From sequence record OZ346219.1: a stretch of DNA of 64,000 bases; one strand, written 5' to 3'. The position numbers were made by a program, and so were the translations under genes. Source of the DNA: a phage. The notes under the pieces were generated by a model, which worked only from the letters and a program-made list of their open reading frames with translations, did not search any database and was not told the DNA's origin. Positions 26,133 to 34,627 of the stretch are shown piece by piece (positions within the stretch are counted from its first letter, which is position 1; every line of letters begins with the position of its first letter).

Positions 26133-26729
26133 TTAACCCTCTTTCGTCATTAATTGAAAACCACGTTCAGCTTTTGAAATTTCGCTAGGACTTAAATCGT
26201 CACCAACATATTCTAGCATCATTTCTCGGATAATGTCAAGTGCTTTTTCATCACCTGATTTTAACTCGAACTCAAGTTCATAGTGAGCCTCTCCCATTCT
26301 TTCGCCGACTTTGCAATAATAGAAAGTGTCTTTGCACATTTCCACTATAGCACCCTCAAGGTCAAGTGTCAATGACTTGCGGTATGTCATTACTTGCAAT
26401 AAAGGAACGATAAGGTCGGAGTTTACGCCTAGACTATCAACATAATGATAGAAATCATCCATTGTTGAAAAAGTAATTTCTTCTCGGTTGAAGAGTCCAG
26501 ATTCACTATCACCTATTTTGACCATGATCAATGATCTATTAACGTCAAGTCGAGCATAAATTCCTTTTCGACGCAGTGCATGATCTTCGGTATCATAATA
26601 AAATTCGTGTTTTAGAGTGTTAGCACGATCTACTAGATTGTACCCGTCATACATTGCTACCCACAAATCACAGATTGTTTCGACGCCAATTTGTGAGTGT
26701 GCATAGTATTTTAATTCAAGTTCTTTCAT
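26133..26729 (-). CDS. CYTH-like (triphosphate tunnel metalloenzyme) domain protein
   Basis: N-terminal ELELKYY (ExExK) and C-terminal ELEFELK acidic motifs; 198 aa; no counterpart at this position in T4. Confidence 0.5.
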   Translation of the reverse strand: MKELELKYYAHSQIGVETICDLWVAMYDGYNLVDRANTLKHEFYYDTEDHALRRKGIYARLDVNRSLIMVKIGDSESGLFNREEITFSTMDDFYHYVDSLGVNSDLIVPLLQVMTYRKSLTLDLEGAIVEMCKDTFYYCKVGERMGEAHYELEFELKSGDEKALDIIREMMLEYVGDDLSPSEISKAERGFQLMTKEG

Positions 26730-26739
26730 ATATCAACCC

Positions 26740-27687
26740 TTAGAACTCACCAATTTTCTGCAACATTTTAACTAACGCATTTGTTACAAAATAGTTATAA
26801 ATTTTACCGCGTGGTGCTGGTTTAGATTTCTCCCATGCTAACAAAATTTCATATTCGATGTTATCAGGAATAAATTCAAAATCAATAAGTTCGCGGTTTT
26901 CGTCAAAGCGTCGTGCTTCTTCCTCTGTCATCAAAGACTTTGGATCTTCGGCATCGAAAATTTGCTCTAACCATTTGGTTGCAATTGGTTTAGCTCGTTC
27001 TCCTTCCAGTCGTGAGATAATGAAATCACTACGGCACTTGATCGAAGCTACACCGTCTTTTGCGTCACCCTTAACACATTTTACCATAAGGTCTTTGTAA
27101 GGGCTACCATATTTGCATTTCTTCCATGCTTTCTGTACTGGTGCCCACTGTTTCACATTTTTGTATTTGTGCAACTGTGTGTAGTCACCATCGCCGGAGT
27201 TGATTAGCACCTGGCGACCTTCTACAGAAAACTTTTTAGTTAACACAGCGATTATATCATCCGCTTCAACTTTGTCAACCTTAATAACGTGATAAGGCAT
27301 GTTCTCTTTAAACTCTTCGGTGATCTTATTGATCGCAGAAAAGATCATCTCCCAATCACGCGGATCTGCGTCTCGTTTTTCCTTACGGTTGCGTTTATAG
27401 TAAGGTGCGATATCACGTCGCCAGTAACCTTTGCTTGAATCAAAGGCAAGTACCGTAATTGGGTATTGCTCTTTGAATTTTGTCATATTATAACGCATGG
27501 TGTCAAGGATAAGATGACGGATCATGCCTTCATTAATAGGATCTTCCGGTTTAAAGGTATGTGAGATAGTAGCAATCATAAGCTGCGACATATCAATCAA
27601 ATGCACACCTTCCGGCAGTTTATCTTCTGGATCATCAAAGAAATCATTAAGTGTAGCGGTAGTTTTTGTAAACGGGTTATACGTCAT
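26740..27687 (-). CDS. rnh: RNase H / 5'-3' exonuclease
   Basis: 315 aa; matches T4 RNase H (GYWRRD, EADD, SGDGDYTQL, RGKIY). Confidence 0.9.
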   Translation of the reverse strand: MTYNPFTKTTATLNDFFDDPEDKLPEGVHLIDMSQLMIATISHTFKPEDPINEGMIRHLILDTMRYNMTKFKEQYPITVLAFDSSKGYWRRDIAPYYKRNRKEKRDADPRDWEMIFSAINKITEEFKENMPYHVIKVDKVEADDIIAVLTKKFSVEGRQVLINSGDGDYTQLHKYKNVKQWAPVQKAWKKCKYGSPYKDLMVKCVKGDAKDGVASIKCRSDFIISRLEGERAKPIATKWLEQIFDAEDPKSLMTEEEARRFDENRELIDFEFIPDNIEYEILLAWEKSKPAPRGKIYNYFVTNALVKMLQKIGEF

Positions 27688-27689
27688 AA

Positions 27690-27875
27690 TTAAGTTCTCT
27701 CCACTCTCACAACAACATATTCGCCAAACGAGTTAGATACTTCACGATCATACCCGTACTTCTCCATAACTCGCAGAATTGCATTGTTTAATTCAGCACG
27801 GAAATAATTATAATCCTTATCAGGGATTCTGTCAACTACCCATTTTGCACCTTCTGACAAATCAACTTTAACCAT
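27690..27875 (-). CDS. hypothetical protein (61 aa)
   Basis: ORF between rnh and the plus-strand gene 34. Confidence 0.35.
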   Translation of the reverse strand: MVKVDLSEGAKWVVDRIPDKDYNYFRAELNNAILRVMEKYGYDREVSNSFGEYVVVRVERT

Positions 27876-27913
27876 AATTTATCATCCTCTTTTGTTTCTA
27901 TCAAGCCTCATTT

Positions 27914-27921
27914 TATAAATA
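27914..27921 (+). promoter_or_regulatory. T4-type late promoter motif TATAAATA upstream of gene 34
   Basis: Exact TATAAATA about 29 nt before ATG at 27950; AAGGAG ribosome-binding site at 27936-27941. Confidence 0.6.
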
Positions 27922-27949
27922 TGAACATACTATAAAAGGAGACCCAATA

Positions 27950-30900
27950 ATGGCAGATTTTTCTCAACATTTCAAGGCCACATTTGGCTTTGACGCTGGT
28001 AATGAAAAGGTCGTCAATGTAGCATTGGCTGATAAGAATGTCAACACCGATGCGGTCAACGTTGAATTTTTCAATTACCATAATGGTATTACTCAGTATG
28101 ACACAACTCGCGGTTATGATCAATACGGAACTACAATCTATCAAAACCGTCCGTATTATGCAAAAGAAGATATCACAAAGCCAGCAGGAGATTTTGACCC
28201 GACTAAATGGCAAGCACTGCGCACGGACCCACGTTGGGATTATATTGCAGCAACTTCCGGTGATACTCCTTTACAGTCTGGCGATTATATCGCAGCAGAT
28301 GGTCAATTTGCAAACTTGACTTTCTCTATGCCAACTAAACCAGCAGAGGGAGACACTATAACAGTAAAAGATATCGGTGGCAAGTGTGGTGTTAACGAAT
28401 TATCGTTCTTGAGTACAGGACATGAGTTTTACCATAATGGTAATGTGTATAACAGAAAATGGTATTGCACTACCCCGTATGCAATGAACTATTTCATCTT
28501 TGTTCGGAATCGTTGGCATGTTTATCAGACAGGAACAGAGCCACGCGGTGTGTACGCACAGCCAGCGATTGATGCTATTCAAATGCAGAATGGTGATCAG
28601 GTATTTCGTCGTAGTTCGTTGGGTAATATTACCTTAGTGCTTCCTAAGTTTGCCAACAATGGCGACATGATCCAGACTACAGACCTTGACGGATTAACCG
28701 CAACCAACCACGTTACGGTTAAAGTTCATGAGCACGCAGAAGAACAATCAATTGGCACGTCCGGTCTAAAAGAGATTATCGGTAAGCGTAGCGGTCATGG
28801 TGTATTCATCTTTGACAAGACGGAAAACTTATGGCGTTTGTGGGATGGTGATCAGTCTGTTCGTCTTAAACCGATCATCAATGACACTCGCTTGCAACCT
28901 AATAGCTATGTTGCTGTATTTGGTGGTCGTGATGTTACTCTGACGCTGCCGACCAATGTCGAGCCGGGTGATCGTATTCAAGTTTCTATGCAGTATATGC
29001 ACGGAAACCAGACTTGCCGAATCATTACCTCAGAAGAGGATACAAAAATCCTTATGCAGAAAAACATGGTTCAGTTTCCTAAGCGTAGCGAGTACCCATT
29101 CAATGGGACCGATACATGGACTGGAGTGTCTGAATTGTCTTTCAACGCTGCAAATGATTATGTACCTTATCTGGAGTTCTCTTATTCAGAAGGTGATGAT
29201 GGTAAGAAATACTGGTTGGTGGCACATGCTCACCCGATTGTAGAACGAGTAGATCCGACTCGTAAAGATCGTGTTGGTGTAATTGCACTGGCTACCCAGA
29301 CTGAAACGAATAAAAACCATGAAGAGAATCCTAGCGACGAAGTTGCTGTAACACCAAAAATGCTGGCTAATAAAACAGCCAACGAAACTCGACGCGGTAT
29401 TGCTCGCATTGCGACTCAAGCGGAAACGCATCAAGATACTGGTTCCAACTTCCTGGATGATGTTATCGTTACACCCAAAAAGTTAAATGACTGTGTTGCT
29501 ACCGAAGCCCGTCGTGGTGTGATGGAAATTGCAACCCAGCACGAAACCAATGAAGGTTTAGACGATACCCGCGCTATTACTCCTAAGAAATTAGAAGAAC
29601 GTCGCGCTTCCGAAGATCTAGCTGGTATTGCTGAAATTGTTCAGGCTGGCGGTAGTGCTGCCGCTCGACGTGGCGAAGCTGGTACAGGGATCTATAACAT
29701 CAACGACCATGCTAAAATTGTTACGCCACAAAACATCAACGAAGTCAAGGCGACCGAAACTTCCCGTGGTGTTGGCTATCTGGCAACTGACGCGGAAGTG
29801 CAAGGGGCTACAGAATCAACCCCGCAAGATGCTTTACTAATCACGACTCGCACGCTAACGAAACGTACTGCTACCGAATCGCGCACTGGTATCGCTGAAA
29901 TTGCAACTCAGGAAGAAACAAACTTAGGTCAAAGTGATAACCATATCATCACGCCTAAAAAGCTGCATACTCGCCGCGCAACTGAAACTTTACATGGTTT
30001 AGCAGAAATTGCAACTCAACCGGAGTTTGACGCAGGTCGTGACGATTCTCGCATTTCTACCCCATTGAAGATTAAAACCTTCTTTGAGAATGCACAGCGT
30101 TTGAAAGTAGATCCGACTCAGGGGCTTAACCTTACTGGTGATTTGTGGCAAGGTATCATGATCAGCGGTCTGGATGCAACCGAAGACACAAAAGGTGTCG
30201 CTAAAGTTGCGACTACTCAGCTTACTGACGCTGGTCAAGATGATACTACAATCATCACGCCTAAAAAGCTGCAAGGCAAAAAGGCCACCGAAGGTAAAGA
30301 AGGTATTATCCGAGTTGGTACTCAAGCCGAAACCGTGGCTGGTATTATGGACAATGTAGCAATTTCTCCGAAGAACTTCAAATATGTTGTTCAGACAGAG
30401 GATACATGGAAAGCAACCGAAGCGCGTCGTGGATTCTTGAAAGTTGCTACTCAGGAAAACTGTTTTGTTGGTGATAATCTGCAAGGTTCTACTCAAGAAC
30501 TAGGAAACTACCAGCATGACGGAATTGCTGTTACCCCTAAAGGATTAAACTACGCACTTGCTAATTTCTTACCTAAGATGGCAACCGCTCAGAATAGTTT
30601 GAAATTGGGTAACGTAGAGGCCTCTAAATGGGCGCGTAGAGACATTGACCAGACCATTGAGAGCAATTACACGTTTAATAAAAACGTTAACGTGAAGGGC
30701 GATTTAGAGTGCTTAAAATCTGGTTCCTTTGAAACTCTGTCTGTGACTAAGAACTCGACCGATGTTCCGAGTAATGGTCATCTGGTGTTGGGTGAGCGTG
30801 GAGTTGACGGTCACACCGGAATTACTCTGCATGGCACAACCGCATCGGAAGGCATGAAAAACTCTTGGTCTATTATCGTTGGTGGTACTGGAACAGCGCA

Positions 30901-31690
30901 AGTTGTTGATAGTGATGCTATCGCTTTCGGTAAAATCAATGATGGTGGAGTCGTTGAGCATTACGCCTTTGCTATGAAACACAATGGCGACGCGACAGCA
31001 TATAGAGACTTTATTGCAGGTCGTAACCTGTATGCGAAACAAGGCGGTTTATACATTGTTGACCAGTCTAATCCGGCAATGACTCGTTCCCCAGATGGTA
31101 TGCTGAATATCGGTCACGGTGGAAGTGTTAACATCAAGGCAGGGCATCAAACGTTAACTACAGAGATCGCCGGACAGAAGTATCAGATCGTACACGCAGG
31201 AAACGCTGACGAAGTTCTTAACCGTCAGTTTGTTAAGAATGCTGGCGATACAATGGTCGGTAAGCTGACTATGGATAATGCGCCTATTGTTTCTGTTAAG
31301 CATGAAGCTAGCGCGGCAACCGCTCCGGCAATCGGTAACATCGGTTTCTGGAATATGCGAGTTACTACCCAGAACATCAAAGAAACTTATCCAGAGAAGA
31401 AAAACGGTACTCTGATGCAATGGGGTACTGACGCGGACGGGCTTACCCAGCTTTGGTCCCCTGATGGTACTCATAAACATTATATCCGTTCCGGTACTGG
31501 TGGTCAATGGACCGCATGGGGTGAAATTTACACCAAACAGAACAAGCCTACCGCTCAGGAAATCGGGGCAGTAGTTGCAGAAGGTGGTTTAATGAACTCT
31601 ATGACGGTTCGTGATTGGATCAAAGTTGGTAATGTTAAAATCATCGCCAATAATCTGACTCGTACCGTAGACTTTATCTGGGAAGACTAA
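27950..31690 (+). CDS. 34: long tail fibre proximal subunit
   Basis: 1246 aa; T4 gp34-like N-terminus and repeated ATExRRGIAxIATQ motifs. Confidence 0.9.
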   Translation: MADFSQHFKATFGFDAGNEKVVNVALADKNVNTDAVNVEFFNYHNGITQYDTTRGYDQYGTTIYQNRPYYAKEDITKPAGDFDPTKWQALRTDPRWDYIAATSGDTPLQSGDYIAADGQFANLTFSMPTKPAEGDTITVKDIGGKCGVNELSFLSTGHEFYHNGNVYNRKWYCTTPYAMNYFIFVRNRWHVYQTGTEPRGVYAQPAIDAIQMQNGDQVFRRSSLGNITLVLPKFANNGDMIQTTDLDGLTATNHVTVKVHEHAEEQSIGTSGLKEIIGKRSGHGVFIFDKTENLWRLWDGDQSVRLKPIINDTRLQPNSYVAVFGGRDVTLTLPTNVEPGDRIQVSMQYMHGNQTCRIITSEEDTKILMQKNMVQFPKRSEYPFNGTDTWTGVSELSFNAANDYVPYLEFSYSEGDDGKKYWLVAHAHPIVERVDPTRKDRVGVIALATQTETNKNHEENPSDEVAVTPKMLANKTANETRRGIARIATQAETHQDTGSNFLDDVIVTPKKLNDCVATEARRGVMEIATQHETNEGLDDTRAITPKKLEERRASEDLAGIAEIVQAGGSAAARRGEAGTGIYNINDHAKIVTPQNINEVKATETSRGVGYLATDAEVQGATESTPQDALLITTRTLTKRTATESRTGIAEIATQEETNLGQSDNHIITPKKLHTRRATETLHGLAEIATQPEFDAGRDDSRISTPLKIKTFFENAQRLKVDPTQGLNLTGDLWQGIMISGLDATEDTKGVAKVATTQLTDAGQDDTTIITPKKLQGKKATEGKEGIIRVGTQAETVAGIMDNVAISPKNFKYVVQTEDTWKATEARRGFLKVATQENCFVGDNLQGSTQELGNYQHDGIAVTPKGLNYALANFLPKMATAQNSLKLGNVEASKWARRDIDQTIESNYTFNKNVNVKGDLECLKSGSFETLSVTKNSTDVPSNGHLVLGERGVDGHTGITLHGTTASEGMKNSWSIIVGGTGTAQVVDSDAIAFGKINDGGVVEHYAFAMKHNGDATAYRDFIAGRNLYAKQGGLYIVDQSNPAMTRSPDGMLNIGHGGSVNIKAGHQTLTTEIAGQKYQIVHAGNADEVLNRQFVKNAGDTMVGKLTMDNAPIVSVKHEASAATAPAIGNIGFWNMRVTTQNIKETYPEKKNGTLMQWGTDADGLTQLWSPDGTHKHYIRSGTGGQWTAWGEIYTKQNKPTAQEIGAVVAEGGLMNSMTVRDWIKVGNVKIIANNLTRTVDFIWED

Positions 31691-31692
31691 TT

Positions 31693-31708
31693 AAAGGGGG
31701 CGAAAGCC
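31693..31708 (+). other. GNRA-tetraloop hairpin GGGGGC-GAAA-GCCCCC between genes 34 and 35
   Basis: Identical 16-mer to the minus-sense element at 19446-19461; no U-tract. Confidence 0.5.
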
Positions 31709-31723
31709 CCCTATGGGGTTATT

Positions 31724-32863
31724 ATGACACAAGATATAGAATTACGCAACACTGGAATTAGGTTTGCGCATTTCGACGAAGACTCTGCGACATTTACCAG
31801 CATTTCAGAAAATAACTCTGTGATGTATAAGCTGGAAGTGCGCGGATCTAATGCGGATTCTACCAAACCAGCAAGGATTAGATTTAATGGAGTGGAGATC
31901 GTTGGCACTGGCTATGAAAATGGCCTAAATTTTAAAGTTCTTACTCCAACTGGACAACTACACGAAGAAAAGGTATTCTATGGTCGCGGTGCTGTTTTGG
32001 CAATGCGTGATTATCTTTCTTTGCTGAAAGGTGATTATATCATTGCGATGGCAACTCATGGAGAATTGTTTGCAGATCCGATAAGTGATGTTGTATTTTC
32101 TAAGATGGGATCGGTATCATTCCCGAATCACATTTTGTTACAGCAAATGCCTCGTGTATCATATGCAGCAATTTATTCTACTAAAATGGGTAAAATTGTG
32201 TGCGAAGGGATGCAAGCAACTCACGGGGAAGGACAAGATTCATCTATACAAATTGAGAAAGTCTATGATACTATAGATGATCTTGCTATAACAGGAACAC
32301 CACAACGATTTTTAGATTATCCGGTTGAGTATGTTAGCGAAGATGCCGAACATTTCGAGCTAATACAATGGCCTCGTGATGAGACCAGCGCCCCACTTGA
32401 GGATTTTAACATAAAGACAGGTGACAAACTATCAATATCCTTTGAATTGTTCCGTGATAGTGCCGCAGCCGCAGCCAACGTAACAGCGCGTTTCTATCAC
32501 AACTACTTCACCGATGGACAATATCAAACTGGTGTTCGATACAATGCCAGCAAAAAAGACCAATGGGAAAAGTTTGAAGCCGTCTATACCGTACCGGAAG
32601 GAGTTGATAGTGTAGTAACTGGTTGTATCAGATATCCAACCAACTCCAATGAAGGTATTGTTAAAATTAGAAACATACTAATAACGCCGATCAGTGGAGT
32701 CGTCAAAACTACTGGTCCTACTTCATTTGGTGTTAATGGTGTTAGAACAACTCATATTCAGGATAACGGTGATTTTACTAACCCTGTAATGAGTCTTCTT
32801 AAACTACCCAGAGATAATAAACACATCACATCCAACAACTTTAAAGAGTTTGATGTTGATTAA
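31724..32863 (+). CDS. 35: long tail fibre hinge protein (gp35-like)
   Basis: 379 aa, T4 gp35 size and position. Confidence 0.6.
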   Translation: MTQDIELRNTGIRFAHFDEDSATFTSISENNSVMYKLEVRGSNADSTKPARIRFNGVEIVGTGYENGLNFKVLTPTGQLHEEKVFYGRGAVLAMRDYLSLLKGDYIIAMATHGELFADPISDVVFSKMGSVSFPNHILLQQMPRVSYAAIYSTKMGKIVCEGMQATHGEGQDSSIQIEKVYDTIDDLAITGTPQRFLDYPVEYVSEDAEHFELIQWPRDETSAPLEDFNIKTGDKLSISFELFRDSAAAAANVTARFYHNYFTDGQYQTGVRYNASKKDQWEKFEAVYTVPEGVDSVVTGCIRYPTNSNEGIVKIRNILITPISGVVKTTGPTSFGVNGVRTTHIQDNGDFTNPVMSLLKLPRDNKHITSNNFKEFDVD

Positions 32864-32874
32864 CATTTTTAACA

Positions 32875-32903
32875 AGCCGATCCATGTGGTCGGCTTTATT
32901 TTT
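32875..32903 (+). terminator. intrinsic terminator after gene 35
   Basis: Hairpin AGCCGATC-catgt-GGTCGGCT followed by TTTATTTTT. Confidence 0.6.
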
Positions 32904-33024
32904 ATACAGTTGGTTAAATTGTAACCAAAACGAAGAAAGATCTTTAGAATAATAGAAAATTTGTTTCGGTTAAAAATTAGTCAGTGCCTACGGCACGTCG
33001 CGAAGCGATATTTTGTTAACATTC

Positions 33025-33032
33025 TATAAATA
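33025..33032 (+). promoter_or_regulatory. T4-type late promoter motif TATAAATA upstream of gene 36
   Basis: Exact TATAAATA about 35 nt before ATG at 33067. Confidence 0.55.
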
Positions 33033-33066
33033 CTCGGAACTATAACTAATTTTTTGAGGTTACTTT

Positions 33067-34557
33067 ATGGCAGATTTGAAATATGGATCTACTGTAGGTG
33101 GATCTCCCATTTGGACGCAAGGAAATTTGACGATCCAGCCAGCGGGGGATCAGCTTTTCTACAAAGGTCATAAAATCTATACCGCTTTTGATAGACCTTC
33201 GGCTACCGATTTTGATGCTGTTAGTGCATCCGAAGGTGGCACATTTCAAAAGCAAGTTCATTTCGAGGAAGGTTTAAGCGTAGGTAGCGCATCGGCTGGA
33301 GAAACCAAAAAGAATGGTATCTTTAAAGGTCAGAGTGACGCTGCTAATTTTGACGGCGTAAGCTGGGGTTTGCATTCATGGAAGTCAATCGGCTTTGTTA
33401 ATGCCCGTGATGGCGTTATTATGGCGTATATTGACACCACAACGGGCGAATTTAAGTCTAAAGGGACTATCGAAGGGACAACCATTAAAGACACAGGTCA
33501 ACGCGTCTATAGCCCTGTTAATAAACCAACGAATAATGATTTGGATTTAGTTTCCCGTCGCGGTGATACTCTCACAGGAACATATAATTTAAACACTGTC
33601 ACTGTTAAACTATCGGTTGATTCGAAATTAATTGCAAGGGAACGTGATTTAATTAATTTTGATGCGACTAAGATCTATTATGGTAACGTTCTTGATACGT
33701 TGGTCTTCCGAAGTAAAGATGAGCCTACCATTTTTGTTAATGGCAAAGAAGGTCGTTTTTATCACACCAACAATAAACCAACTAAAGCCGATGTTGGGCT
33801 AGGCAATGTCACCAATGATGCACAGGTTAAACGTGCTGGTGATATTATGGAAGGTAACTTGCAAGCGCCTAGAATGTTGGCGACAAACGATCCTGCTGGT
33901 CCTAATGAATTGGTTCGTTTGAGCTACTTTGAGAGAAAATCAATGGTAGCAAATCCAACCATCATTGGAAACGTTGATTGGAACACTCTTATTAATCGCG
34001 GTATCTATCGTGTGGAAAATGCTGGATCAGGTACTAATAAACCGTCTGATAGCTATTATAACGGCGTTTTGATGGTATATCGCCCAGAAGATGCTGTTGG
34101 TACTCGTCGAATTGTTCAGGTGTATTATCCTGAATCTATTGACCATCCGATGTGCTGGCGTTCGTGTTCTAATGAATCATGGACTGCATGGAACTATGTA
34201 GATCACCGTAAATTAGCCGATATTCGCTATGTTAACGTCACTGGCGATACCATGACAGGACCGTTAACTGTTCCTGCTGCAAATGGCGTTAGAACAGCTA
34301 AAACTAACTATAACGGGGATAACTGTTATGCGGCGTTAAGCGGTGCTGATGGTACTGCTATGATTCACCGCATTAGTGATATTAAAGGGACCGAAAAGCT
34401 GGGGATCACCCACGACTCAAAGGTCGTGTTTTTCCGTTCTAGAAACAATACTCAAACCGTGGACCGCTATCAGCTTTATCATGAAGGTAATAAACCTACT
34501 CCGGCTGATGTTGGAGCGGTTCCACTTAATGCGGTGATTGATTTTGGTACTTTCTAA
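33067..34557 (+). CDS. 36: long tail fibre distal-proximal connector (gp36-like, extended)
   Basis: 496 aa; MADLKYG N-terminus and NKPT.ADVG motifs shared with gene 37. Confidence 0.6.
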   Translation: MADLKYGSTVGGSPIWTQGNLTIQPAGDQLFYKGHKIYTAFDRPSATDFDAVSASEGGTFQKQVHFEEGLSVGSASAGETKKNGIFKGQSDAANFDGVSWGLHSWKSIGFVNARDGVIMAYIDTTTGEFKSKGTIEGTTIKDTGQRVYSPVNKPTNNDLDLVSRRGDTLTGTYNLNTVTVKLSVDSKLIARERDLINFDATKIYYGNVLDTLVFRSKDEPTIFVNGKEGRFYHTNNKPTKADVGLGNVTNDAQVKRAGDIMEGNLQAPRMLATNDPAGPNELVRLSYFERKSMVANPTIIGNVDWNTLINRGIYRVENAGSGTNKPSDSYYNGVLMVYRPEDAVGTRRIVQVYYPESIDHPMCWRSCSNESWTAWNYVDHRKLADIRYVNVTGDTMTGPLTVPAANGVRTAKTNYNGDNCYAALSGADGTAMIHRISDIKGTEKLGITHDSKVVFFRSRNNTQTVDRYQLYHEGNKPTPADVGAVPLNAVIDFGTF

Positions 34558-34561
34558 TTTT

Positions 34562-34587
34562 AGCGGGGATTATCTCCCCGCTTTTCT
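34562..34587 (+). terminator. terminator-like hairpin after gene 36
   Basis: AGCGGGGAT-tatc-TCCCCGCT followed by TTTTCT; a CTAAATAA late-promoter-like motif follows. Confidence 0.45.
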
Positions 34588-34627
34588 AAATAATATTATT
34601 CTAACAACCGTTTAAGGATTTTATAAA

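Noticed and set aside
29999-30496. Minus-strand ORFs inside the tail-fibre genes (also 30713-31042, 31154-31507, 35204-35734)
   Set aside because: Embedded antisense in genes 34 and 37, which have clear homology; Cys/Ser/Thr-rich translations typical of antisense reading.
34580-34593. CTAAATAA motifs upstream of gene 37 and of holin t (37837-37844) as late promoters
   Set aside because: One mismatch to the TATAAATA late-promoter consensus at a position I am not sure is tolerated; not listed as features.
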